Shown: one piece after another, positions 55,574-64,000 of the stretch
Layout of the letters: each line of letters begins with the position of its first letter
Numbering within the stretch: position 1 is the first letter of the stretch
Virus record (IMG/VR): IMGVR_UViG_3300032303_000488
Span: 1-64,000 of that record
Reading direction: 5' to 3' (one strand)
Length of the DNA stretch: 64,000 nt
Origin: a virus
Taxonomy: Duplodnaviria > Caudoviricetes
Notes under the pieces: model-generated
Database searches by the model: none
What the model was told of the DNA's origin: nothing
Seen by the model: the letters and a program-made list of their open reading frames with translations, nothing else
Position numbers and translations under genes: made by a program

Positions 55574-56246
55574 TTAAATCACCTGCCTTTGCAATCCAAT
55601 TATACCCTACTTCAATACCTTTTGCTTTACCTCCAGTTTTACCAGCCTTAAAATTATCTTTATATGCTTTAGCATTACTGAGATGTTGAGTTATTCCTGT
55701 TAGGTCTAAAACAGATTGCCTAAAGTGTTCTTTAAAAAATAAATCAAATAGACGTTCAAACGAACCCATGACGTGAGTACCACCTGGATGTTCTATTGTT
55801 ACTGCATTTGGCGTAAAAACTTGTTCCCCATCTACATTAAACGTAAGAACACTTGCATTTGTAGGTGATATGGTTACTGGCAATCCTCTTTCCATAATTT
55901 TTGCTTTGTCATAAAATGGTTGATTAGAACCATTACTAACACTAATAGATTGAGTAAAAGTACCATTAAAAGAAATCCCCCCCTCACGAACTATATAATT
56001 TATATCAAATAGTCTTGCTCCAGGATTACCAACCTGATACCATTCATATATGTGATGATACATTTGTTGGTCTACCCTGGCTTGCTGGTCAACAAAGTTT
56101 TTAAATATTTCTACAGCACTATTAGCGACACCATCCGAAAGTTTTTTATTACCTAATACTGCACCCTGAAGAAAACCTTCTGAATATCCTGTTATATTCA
56201 TTAAATCTTTAAAAAATATTTTATCATCAAATTTTATAGATATCAT
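55566..56246 (-). CDS. Neck / tail completion protein
   Basis: Position in head-tail module. Confidence 0.55.
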   Translation of the reverse strand: MISIKFDDKIFFKDLMNITGYSEGFLQGAVLGNKKLSDGVANSAVEIFKNFVDQQARVDQQMYHHIYEWYQVGNPGARLFDINYIVREGGISFNGTFTQSISVSNGSNQPFYDKAKIMERGLPVTISPTNASVLTFNVDGEQVFTPNAVTIEHPGGTHVMGSFERLFDLFFKEHFRQSVLDLTGITQHLSNAKAYKDNFKAGKTGGKAKGIEVGYNWIAKAGDLSV

Positions 56247-56686
56247 AGGTCTGCCGCCTGGTTTTCAGAACGTCTAACTAAAACTTTGTAGTATTCAACC
56301 ATTCCAAATGGTCCAACAACTGGATTAAGGGATGCAATTTCAAATACTGTAGATTTCCCTTTTCTAATACCAGAAGACTCATTATAAATAAAATTACCAG
56401 ACTTATCTCTAATATTAGCAATAATAATATTGGTAATAGAATATGAATCATTAGAACTTGCGGTTAAATCATTTCTAACTCTACCAATAAGCAAATTATC
56501 TAATTCAAGTTTATTTTCTGAATTTACGTCTTGCTTAGTTTTTCTTCCTGCTGGATTAAAGAAACATGCAATTGTTCTATCTAGAACCCATGTCTTTTTT
56601 GTATTTCCATAACCACCTGTTTCTACAATAGGATAGTAAATATCAGCAAGTAGTGGGTATGTAAAATCTGTAGTTTCGCATATCAT
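56243..56686 (-). CDS. Head closure (stopper) protein
   Basis: Beta-rich, about 150 aa; position. Confidence 0.6.
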   Translation of the reverse strand: MICETTDFTYPLLADIYYPIVETGGYGNTKKTWVLDRTIACFFNPAGRKTKQDVNSENKLELDNLLIGRVRNDLTASSNDSYSITNIIIANIRDKSGNFIYNESSGIRKGKSTVFEIASLNPVVGPFGMVEYYKVLVRRSENQAADL

Positions 56687-57843
56687 TATAGTATTGCTGG
56701 CTTGAATACATTACCCTTATAGTTGTTAAGAATCTTATCAACAAGCATATTGCCAGTTCCCTCCAAAAATTGTGGAGCAAATTTAATATCAAATTGGTCT
56801 GTACTATACTGTGTAACAAATCGTTTGTAGTAGTCATTTGTTCCGCATTTTAGTTCTTCAATAAGGATTGTTGCAGCCCTTTCTACATCTGGCGGAATAG
56901 TTTTATATCCAGCATCCAGGATAAAAGTATAGTCAAATCCTTCTGTAAAAGCAACATATCCATTTCTTGCTCCAGAATATACCCCAAGGTCTCCAGATGC
57001 CACTGGGAGTCTTAGTGGTGTTGATTCATTTCTATTGTATATTCCGTTTGCCTCTACTCTAGCAATGGCAGAATTGTCTAACAATGTCTTGTATTCGTAT
57101 TCCCAGGTTCTAAGAACTGTTCCTGCAGTAGAGATGTTTCCTGTTGTTGAGTTTGCAAAACTAAAAGATGTAGTTGTTGGAACTGCTGTAATAGTGAACA
57201 TGCCACGATATCCTGTTGGAATAACTGTAGAGATAGTTACTACGTCTCCAACTTCGTATCCGTGAGCAATGGCGGTAGTTAGGGTTACAGTTCCAGATGA
57301 TATTGTTGGAGTTTGTGTTGCAATGGTAATAGCAACATCTTCTCCATTATAAATAAGAACATTGTTCTCATATACTTTTAAAACTTTATTGACATTATGC
57401 CAAATTGGAAAGTAGTCTCCGCCCTGTCCTTCTTTTATAATGACTAATTTGTGATTATAAAAAGCATCTCCGTTTGCAGAATGGTCTAAAATGTAACCAT
57501 CCATAATTGACCTTGCAATAATTTCCCATTTTTTATACTCGGCAATTTCATCTATAGTTGTTGCTAAAATATTTGGATTAACATATGGACGATAAATGCT
57601 TAGGTTATCATCTACAACAACTTCCCCACTTGAGTCAGTTACTTTAAACAAAAACTCACGGTCAAACTGTATTTTTGAGCGTGGCAAAACATATGATACT
57701 TGCTTATTTGCATCTGACGTAAGTGTTGATGTTTCATATGAGTGGTCCACCAAATCCTCTACATAAACAGAATATGCAGTATTTGCTGCTGGCACATCCC
57801 ACTTAGTTGTAATTGGATATGGCGGAACCCTCAAGACTTCCAT
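56686..57843 (-). CDS. Head-tail adaptor with inserted beta module
   Basis: AGYKTIPPDVERAATILI adaptor motif. Confidence 0.65.
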   Translation of the reverse strand: MEVLRVPPYPITTKWDVPAANTAYSVYVEDLVDHSYETSTLTSDANKQVSYVLPRSKIQFDREFLFKVTDSSGEVVVDDNLSIYRPYVNPNILATTIDEIAEYKKWEIIARSIMDGYILDHSANGDAFYNHKLVIIKEGQGGDYFPIWHNVNKVLKVYENNVLIYNGEDVAITIATQTPTISSGTVTLTTAIAHGYEVGDVVTISTVIPTGYRGMFTITAVPTTTSFSFANSTTGNISTAGTVLRTWEYEYKTLLDNSAIARVEANGIYNRNESTPLRLPVASGDLGVYSGARNGYVAFTEGFDYTFILDAGYKTIPPDVERAATILIEELKCGTNDYYKRFVTQYSTDQFDIKFAPQFLEGTGNMLVDKILNNYKGNVFKPAIL

Positions 57844-58227
57844 TTAGGCAAATGCCTCCGCCACTTCTTCTGGAGTGCATAGGCGAACGCCTTTTTGTGC
57901 TACCCAAAAGTCTACATACCTTTTTGGAACGATGTTGTAACCAACATTAATCTTTCCAAAGCCGTCTGCATATACGTTGCGTGTTGAAAATAGTGCAACT
58001 TTTGTTGTTGCTGAATCTACTACAACTTCTTTCTTTTCTACCTTTGCTTTTTCAGCATTTGTAGTTGTTGAACCCATTACGCCATCTGCATTGAATCCCA
58101 ATGTAGGAACGTCTTTCTTAGATTCTGGTGTTACAATAACCTTTTCCTCAACTACTTCTACTACTGTTTCTGCAACTGCATCTTCAATAATAGGTTTTGA
58201 GATAGGTGTGTTTTTTATTTCAGCCAT
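57844..58227 (-). CDS. Hypothetical head-associated protein
   Basis: AAGGAGG SD and TGGTATAAT upstream. Confidence 0.75.
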   Translation of the reverse strand: MAEIKNTPISKPIIEDAVAETVVEVVEEKVIVTPESKKDVPTLGFNADGVMGSTTTNAEKAKVEKKEVVVDSATTKVALFSTRNVYADGFGKINVGYNIVPKRYVDFWVAQKGVRLCTPEEVAEAFA

Positions 58228-58276
58228 GATAAATCCTCCTTAGATTTATTTTAATTATACCAGATAAATATAGAAA

Positions 58277-58304
58277 GGGGGTAGAGAAATTAATCCCTAC
58301 CCCC
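58277..58304 (-). terminator. Hairpin terminator after major capsid gene
   Basis: GGGGGTAG...CTACCCCC. Confidence 0.7.
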
Positions 58305-58329
58305 ATTCAAGTGTAACACTAAACAGAGA

Positions 58330-59490
58330 TTAGTCTGTTGTTGCGTCTGCGAATGCTACTGCATCTAGTTCTTCCCAGGCAAGCCCGAAACGAACGAAGA
58401 CAGTATATTCTACTGTATCCTTCTTAGGAACGTAGAAACGGTTCACAGTGATATCTCTCTGGAAGCCCCAAATACGGTTCTGTGGGAACGTTAAATCAAC
58501 GAATCCTGCAGGGTAGTAAGGAACTTCAAGAACAGGTACACCTAGAACACGAGTCTGACGTGCTTCTCCAAAAGTCTGGTTTGCACCACCTAGGAACTCT
58601 CCACGAGAACCTTCGGTAGAACCGATGTTAGCAATAACTGTACCATTGTTCTTAACAATGTTGGCAAATGTATCTGTACCAGCATAGAACTTTAGTCCGT
58701 TAGTGATAGCACGGTATCTACGAGGCATAGCCAAGATAAGTGCTTGCATTCTTTCAGTTGTCCAATCAGTGAACGCTACGTTAGACCCAACTAGAGTTGA
58801 GTTGATAACTTCGTGTGCACTTCCAAGGTTGTTTCCAGTTGTGTTTGGACTAGTCTTTTCCAAGTTAATGAATCCATTCATAATGCTTAGGAACGAACCT
58901 GTTGAACCGTCACCATTGATGGCTAGGTCTTCGATGTCGTTACCGAAAGCATTAGTCATTAGACGAACTAAGTGGTCTTCTAGAGCAGCACCCTCGATGT
59001 TATCTTCGAGTGACTCTGCGGAGACTTCCCAGTCTAGACGAATCTTCTTGGTAGTTAGTTCAACCTTAGAGAAGGTAGCACCAGTATTGGTATAAGTTGA
59101 AACACCCTGGCTTGCAGCACGAATAACACGGTCTCCCACGTTAATCTTCTCCAATTCCATTGTGTTTGCTCTCATTGTAACTCTGCGACCGTCTTTTGCA
59201 AGTGTGGTTGCGTCCCAAACATAATCGATAAATCGTCTTGCCTGTTCAGGGCGTAGGATACCAGTACCTGGGTAAGTCGGACTTGCAGTGGCAGATGGAT
59301 TGACTCCATTCTGACCTGTTGTTACACCAAAGTTAGCGGTTGGGCTGTTACCCATGTAAGTACCGTGCTCTGAGAAAGAGCCTGTACCTGACGAAACGCT
59401 TGCTGATGTACCGAAAGCACCTTCAGCATTTGGGTATCCAGAAACTGGAGACGCACCTGAAGGCATATTTTTGATAATTTCTTCTGACAT
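58330..59490 (-). CDS. Major capsid protein (HK97 fold)
   Basis: GILRPEQARRFID, SLEDNIEG...FGNDIEDLAINGD; start revised to ATG after GGAGG. Confidence 0.9.
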   Translation of the reverse strand: MSEEIIKNMPSGASPVSGYPNAEGAFGTSASVSSGTGSFSEHGTYMGNSPTANFGVTTGQNGVNPSATASPTYPGTGILRPEQARRFIDYVWDATTLAKDGRRVTMRANTMELEKINVGDRVIRAASQGVSTYTNTGATFSKVELTTKKIRLDWEVSAESLEDNIEGAALEDHLVRLMTNAFGNDIEDLAINGDGSTGSFLSIMNGFINLEKTSPNTTGNNLGSAHEVINSTLVGSNVAFTDWTTERMQALILAMPRRYRAITNGLKFYAGTDTFANIVKNNGTVIANIGSTEGSRGEFLGGANQTFGEARQTRVLGVPVLEVPYYPAGFVDLTFPQNRIWGFQRDITVNRFYVPKKDTVEYTVFVRFGLAWEELDAVAFADATTD

Positions 59491-59515
59491 TTTATTTTTC
59501 ACCTCCTAAGTGAGT

Positions 59516-60766
59516 TTATTTTAGTAAATCGGATGTTGTGAGGAAACTTCCGCCCCATACTGATTTTTCCACCAGTACTGGTTCCTGAATGACCTCACCG
59601 AGGTCACCAGACTTGCGGAAAGCGGTGTCTGCTTCAACAGCATCGATACGCTTTCCAAGATTGCCAAAGCCTGTTTCTGCATCTGCAACCTGTGCGGTTA
59701 CAAATCCAACTGACTTCTTTAGTTCAGCAACTTCTGCTACTAGTGATGCATTTGCATCTGCTAGTGACTTTACGATTGCTGCAATGTCGCTAAAGGCTGT
59801 TGTAACTGTTGTGCCTAGTTCTGTAACTGCCTTAGCAATTACTTCCTCTGAACCTGGAACAACATCTTCTACAACTTCTTCTACATGTGCTGGCTCGGCT
59901 ACTAGAGCCTCTTCAACAACTTCTTCTGTAGCAGGAGTGTCAACTACAACTTCTGCCTCTGGAACGACATCTACTGATTCAACGTTTACGTTTTCATCGG
60001 TCATGTTATCATTCTCCTTTTTAATAGTCTTAGAAGTATTAATGCCTTTAGCACTATCTACTAAGAACTTTATCATGTTAAGTTTGTCAGCATCTGACTT
60101 CTCAACAAAACCTATATTCTGCATACTTGCACCAGTAACTGGGCTAGTTGCAGATTCTTCTTCTGTGATTGTTACCAATCCTGATTCTTTGTCCCAGAAT
60201 ACATTTTCTAGAACTGCATCGGTACCCTCGCCTGTAATAGTATTAACACCGTTTACTTTTTCAACAGATAGGATGTTTGCAAACTGATTTGCTGGACTAT
60301 CAACAAGGGATAACTCAACCAAGTCATAGTCTTTAATAATTCTAATAGCGGAATCGCTTTTTTCGTCATAGCCATCATCCCACTTGTTCATCTTGCCACC
60401 AATAGAGAATCCAGTAAGTGTGCCATCTAAAACCTTTTCCCAAGTGTCTTGTGCACCTTTTGAAACATAAGCAGATACATATACACCCTGATAAAACTTC
60501 TTTGTTTCTGGGTCAAAATATTTATCTTCCTTAAATGCTACCATCTTGCCTACTGCTTTTGGCTGGTGCATTTCACGGATGTTACCACGGAACTTAGAGA
60601 AGGCTGATACGGATGCTTCTGGGGTAACGATATCGTTTTGCTTGTCAATATTATCAAGCGTGGCAAATCCAGATACAATTCTACGTTCTGCATCTATCTT
60701 TGTGAGAGGCATAGAAATACGAACATTATTTCCGTCAATGTCAAAATGTGCTTTCTGAATACTCAT
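59516..60766 (-). CDS. Prohead protease fused to scaffold
   Basis: REMH, GFSIGG, ELSLVDSPAN; acidic helical C-terminus. Confidence 0.9.
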   Translation of the reverse strand: MSIQKAHFDIDGNNVRISMPLTKIDAERRIVSGFATLDNIDKQNDIVTPEASVSAFSKFRGNIREMHQPKAVGKMVAFKEDKYFDPETKKFYQGVYVSAYVSKGAQDTWEKVLDGTLTGFSIGGKMNKWDDGYDEKSDSAIRIIKDYDLVELSLVDSPANQFANILSVEKVNGVNTITGEGTDAVLENVFWDKESGLVTITEEESATSPVTGASMQNIGFVEKSDADKLNMIKFLVDSAKGINTSKTIKKENDNMTDENVNVESVDVVPEAEVVVDTPATEEVVEEALVAEPAHVEEVVEDVVPGSEEVIAKAVTELGTTVTTAFSDIAAIVKSLADANASLVAEVAELKKSVGFVTAQVADAETGFGNLGKRIDAVEADTAFRKSGDLGEVIQEPVLVEKSVWGGSFLTTSDLLK

Positions 60767-60824
60767 AGTATTAATTATAGCCCCTTTTTATAAAAGTGTT
60801 ATGGAATTGTTATTATACCACTTT

Positions 60825-62423
60825 TTAAGAGGAGCGTCTCCCCTCGCCTTGAGCATTCCTACCTGCAGTTGTTGCTGTGTTGTCAGCCTGTGCTTGTTGG
60901 CGTTGGGCATCACGCTCTCTGTTCCCTGCATTGTTAGCGTTTGAGTCTGCTGCTTGGCGAGCAGTAGGCTGAATCATTGAGTCACTTTCTTCACGCTCTG
61001 GAAGATTAAGAAGTTCACGAGCCTCATTAGGAACCATAATCTGGTTCTTAACATAGTTAGTAAGAATCTGTGACTGAGCCAATTCGTCAGTAAGTGTAAG
61101 TTCGTTAAACTTGAATTCTAAAACATCTGTCTTTTCACGAATAATTTTATTAAGAATCTTTTCAAGATTGCGTTGTGCTGGTCTTGCTACCTGCTCTTTG
61201 AATGTTCTGTCTTGTGCTAGTGAGTCAGCAATTGATGATGAACTGCTACCACCAAGTTTTGAAAGTGGTACTTGGTGAGCAACAAGAATATCGTCACGGT
61301 TCTGGTCACGGTATTTTGAAAATGAGCCTTCCTGAACACCATTTTCAATTGGTTCCATCTTGAACTCAACCTTATTGCTATCTGAATCTCCTGGCAATGG
61401 GATGTAAAGAGTTCTGTGTGACTGACCCTTTAGACCAGTCTGTAAGAAACGGAACAACTTGTCCTCTGCCTCTTGGGTAAGTTGTGCACCCTTAAGAGTT
61501 ACGATATAGCGAGGAACAGCCTTATTGTTGAAGTAGTCAATGTTGTATTGTGATGCAAGCATGTCTCCTAGCAGAGATGGCATAGCAGCCATAATGTCTG
61601 GCACACCATAGAAAGTGTTTAATGGAGAGTATTCTTTAATGTGAATAATCTCGTTTGGTCGTGGGTCTTCAGTAATGTAGTTTACGTTCTTTGCTCCAAA
61701 ATTACGGAAGTAAACAACTTTTTGAGCAATAATTTGAACATATCCATCACGAAGTCTGCGTACACGCATTGTGGATGCTGGAATGTGACCAATGTAGCCA
61801 ATCTCTCCAGTAGTTGTTCTTCCAACTTCAATGTATCCGTTCCCCATTGCGTGTACATCAGTAAATACTTTTTCGAGAACAGAAGAGAATGATTCGTCTT
61901 GGTTTAGCCCTTCTATCCAATCTCTAAGTTGGACCTTAAGCCTTTCAATTCTGTTTCTGGCACGAGCCATCTGGTCTGCTGATGCAGCCTCTAGTTTAAG
62001 ATTTGTTCTATCGGATACAATAAAATCATAGCCAAGACCAACTGTGTTTTCAACTTTTGCATCAATAGCAGCGTGATTAGCAAATGATGTGTCATAATAA
62101 TTTGCAAGTTCGTAAAGATTGTATGGTGGGGTAATTACGTCAAACAATGCGTATGCATTACGAAATACAATACCTGGATTAATTGCATTTGACCTTGCCC
62201 CATTTGTGCCCATTTGGATTGCTCCAGCAGACTCAAGGTAGGCATCGTCACCCAAAGATTTAGATAGTCTAGAACTCCTACGCTTAAAATTGGTTTGCAT
62301 ACCAGCAAGTCCCTTTAGTTCATCCCAAGACTTTACAAATGGGTCCATAGAAGCAAACTCATTTACAATTTCTTGAGCCTCGTCTAAACGAGCAGGTGTA
62401 TTTGCATATTCATAGTAACTCAC
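60825..62423 (-). CDS. Portal protein
   Basis: MGNGYIE, HIPASTMR, YGVPD, YFNNKAVP motifs. Confidence 0.9.
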   Translation of the reverse strand: MSYYEYANTPARLDEAQEIVNEFASMDPFVKSWDELKGLAGMQTNFKRRSSRLSKSLGDDAYLESAGAIQMGTNGARSNAINPGIVFRNAYALFDVITPPYNLYELANYYDTSFANHAAIDAKVENTVGLGYDFIVSDRTNLKLEAASADQMARARNRIERLKVQLRDWIEGLNQDESFSSVLEKVFTDVHAMGNGYIEVGRTTTGEIGYIGHIPASTMRVRRLRDGYVQIIAQKVVYFRNFGAKNVNYITEDPRPNEIIHIKEYSPLNTFYGVPDIMAAMPSLLGDMLASQYNIDYFNNKAVPRYIVTLKGAQLTQEAEDKLFRFLQTGLKGQSHRTLYIPLPGDSDSNKVEFKMEPIENGVQEGSFSKYRDQNRDDILVAHQVPLSKLGGSSSSSIADSLAQDRTFKEQVARPAQRNLEKILNKIIREKTDVLEFKFNELTLTDELAQSQILTNYVKNQIMVPNEARELLNLPEREESDSMIQPTARQAADSNANNAGNRERDAQRQQAQADNTATTAGRNAQGEGRRSS

Positions 62424-62824
62424 TAGTCTTCACTTCCAAATTCTAGTTGTGTCTTTTTTGCTGCAATTAAAGCCCCAAGGTCTGTTTCTGACGGAATGTA
62501 TCCTTGAGCCATACGGTCAATTTGTTCGCTATACTCTTCGTCAGATACCTTGCGAACATTTGCATAAAATAAAGGCTGACCATCAGGGAATCCTAGCCAT
62601 CTTGCTTCATTGCGAAGAAGAGTAACTCTGGATTCATCGCCACGCATTGAGTCAATGCTTAGGGCATTTCCGCTGTCATCTGTTAAAACCTTGCCAGAGC
62701 GTAATTGCCAAACGTAAATTCCATAGTCTGAAAAAGGTTCTTCTATGAGAGAAACCTTTGTTTTTCCAATTTGGTTGGGCATGACTTGACCAATATCTTT
62801 TGTAGTATCTATATTCATAACCAC
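62423..62824 (-). CDS. Hypothetical protein
   Basis: TGGTATACT immediately upstream. Confidence 0.75.
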   Translation of the reverse strand: MVMNIDTTKDIGQVMPNQIGKTKVSLIEEPFSDYGIYVWQLRSGKVLTDDSGNALSIDSMRGDESRVTLLRNEARWLGFPDGQPLFYANVRKVSDEEYSEQIDRMAQGYIPSETDLGALIAAKKTQLEFGSED

Positions 62825-62836
62825 TAGTATACCACA

Positions 62837-64000
62837 TTATGCAATGTCAAGTGTAATTGTGTTCTTTTGTATGTCCATATAGCCAATATATTTATATCCA
62901 TTAAATTCTATGTTTTTGATATTTGAAGAAGTGTCTACTAATATCTTGTTTGTGCCAGTGTATGTTTTAAAAATTTCTTTCATTCCATTATCGTAAACCT
63001 TATAATACTCCGAAAGGCTGCTAGATTTCCAAGTTGTTAATGCATTCCAAAGACCATTATCTACATCGTTCCAGTTAACAATTGTGATTTTTTGAGAACT
63101 ATTTTCAGAGTCAAGTCCATAAAATGAAATATTGTCTAACAAAATATTTGATGTTATTTTAATTTTGCTAAGTGACTCTGAAACATCTATTGGATTTAAG
63201 AAAGATAGACCTAAAAAGTTCCATTCATCTAACTCTATAACTGGGCTTGCAACAATTTTACCGTTTAAGTAATATATTGGAATATTTGTAGTAGAATTCG
63301 TGTATATGTAGCCTTTAGTGTTTGAGGCATTTATTGACTTTAAATAAAATGAGATTGTTTCATTTTTAGAAGTTATTTCAAATACTTTGACGGCTGTTGT
63401 TGGAAATTCTTTAATGTCTGCTAATAAAGACATCTGTATAGAATTAATTTTGATGTTTAAGGATGGGTTTCCTATTTCAAAAAATATACCCCTGTCTTGT
63501 GCCGAATCGTAATTTCCACAAAATCTTATTCCAGAATGCCTTGTTAGGTATAAATAGGGTGTGCTTTGCTTATAAACTAAATATGGGTTTTTACTTTTAT
63601 AGTTGTATTTTCCACCAGAATAAATGTATGGATATAAGTCTACAGAATACTTTGTTCCAATTGGATTATATTTTGTTCCTTCTGGATTTTGTTCTGTTGC
63701 AACAGTTGGAGCATAATCTAAAGTTTTTGCAGCAATCTGAAAATGCCTAATCTCGTATGGTTTTAGGTTAACTGCTTTATCGTTTAATTCTATGTGGAAT
63801 ACAATTGCCCACTTGTCCCAATCTAGCCCTGTATTTGCTAGTGTTGGTGGGTAAACAATCATACCATTTACAAATTCATATTTAGATGCCTCATCTGGCG
63901 TATTGGCATCAATTAATCTATTTTCATTTGCTAGAATTGTTGATGCAAATTCTGAAATATTTTTTATTGCACCATTAGACAATCTTTGAAATGTAAGATA
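62837..64000 (-). CDS. C-terminal part of a large virion/tail protein (truncated by window edge)
   Basis: Frame stays open to position 64000; LamG-like YYLNG..V...WNFLGL segment. Confidence 0.7.
   Translation of the reverse strand, partial: YLTFQRLSNGAIKNISEFASTILANENRLIDANTPDEASKYEFVNGMIVYPPTLANTGLDWDKWAIVFHIELNDKAVNLKPYEIRHFQIAAKTLDYAPTVATEQNPEGTKYNPIGTKYSVDLYPYIYSGGKYNYKSKNPYLVYKQSTPYLYLTRHSGIRFCGNYDSAQDRGIFFEIGNPSLNIKINSIQMSLLADIKEFPTTAVKVFEITSKNETISFYLKSINASNTKGYIYTNSTTNIPIYYLNGKIVASPVIELDEWNFLGLSFLNPIDVSESLSKIKITSNILLDNISFYGLDSENSSQKITIVNWNDVDNGLWNALTTWKSSSLSEYYKVYDNGMKEIFKTYTGTNKILVDTSSNIKNIEFNGYKYIGYMDIQKNTITLDIA

Noticed and set aside
59589-60287. 232-aa + strand ORF
   Set aside because: Antisense shadow of the scaffold region; Ser/Thr runs mirror Glu/Val codons.
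1-64000. Stop-codon reassignment
   Set aside because: Long conserved genes translate intact in the standard code, and TAA, TAG and TGA all terminate well-coupled genes.
1-64000. Integrase, transposase or rRNA
   Set aside because: No such motifs recognised in this window; lifestyle cannot be inferred from it.

Overview
This window is a 64-kb segment of a large, AT-rich tailed dsDNA phage genome (siphovirus-type morphogenesis module), most likely infecting an actinobacterium. Support for that host: a WhiB-family regulator, a Pol III alpha subunit (DnaE) as replicase, many leaderless extended -10 promoters and a Galf mutase. From left to right: (1) 0.1-3.5 kb, small acidic + strand ORFs with shared leaders and repeated operator-like boxes; (2) 3.5-4.35 kb, a non-coding AT-rich region with convergent promoters and a phased DnaA-box array (candidate origin); (3) 4.4-12 kb, a UV-repair glycosylase, a HAD phosphatase and a five-gene sugar/glycosyltransferase cluster beside GroES and a nucleotide-modification-associated domain gene; (4) 12-21.5 kb, thioredoxin, Dps, Hsp20, WhiB, an M23 endolysin, four tRNAs and a PA14-domain surface-protein operon; (5) 21.6-35.6 kb, terminase, resolvases, Cas4-like nuclease, RecA, MazG-like, DnaE, SSB, primase and DnaB; (6) 35.6-64 kb, tail, tape measure, neck, capsid, protease and portal genes. 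The most unusual items are a 3150-aa tape measure protein carrying repeat-delimited cargo domains (kinase-like, DUF3626-like, LysM-like), a duplicated tail-assembly chaperone pair that appears to replace the usual frameshift, the DnaA-box array, the galactofuranose-type glycosylation cluster and an apparent ATT-initiated adhesin-like gene. All family assignments come from motif recognition by eye; no database searches were run.
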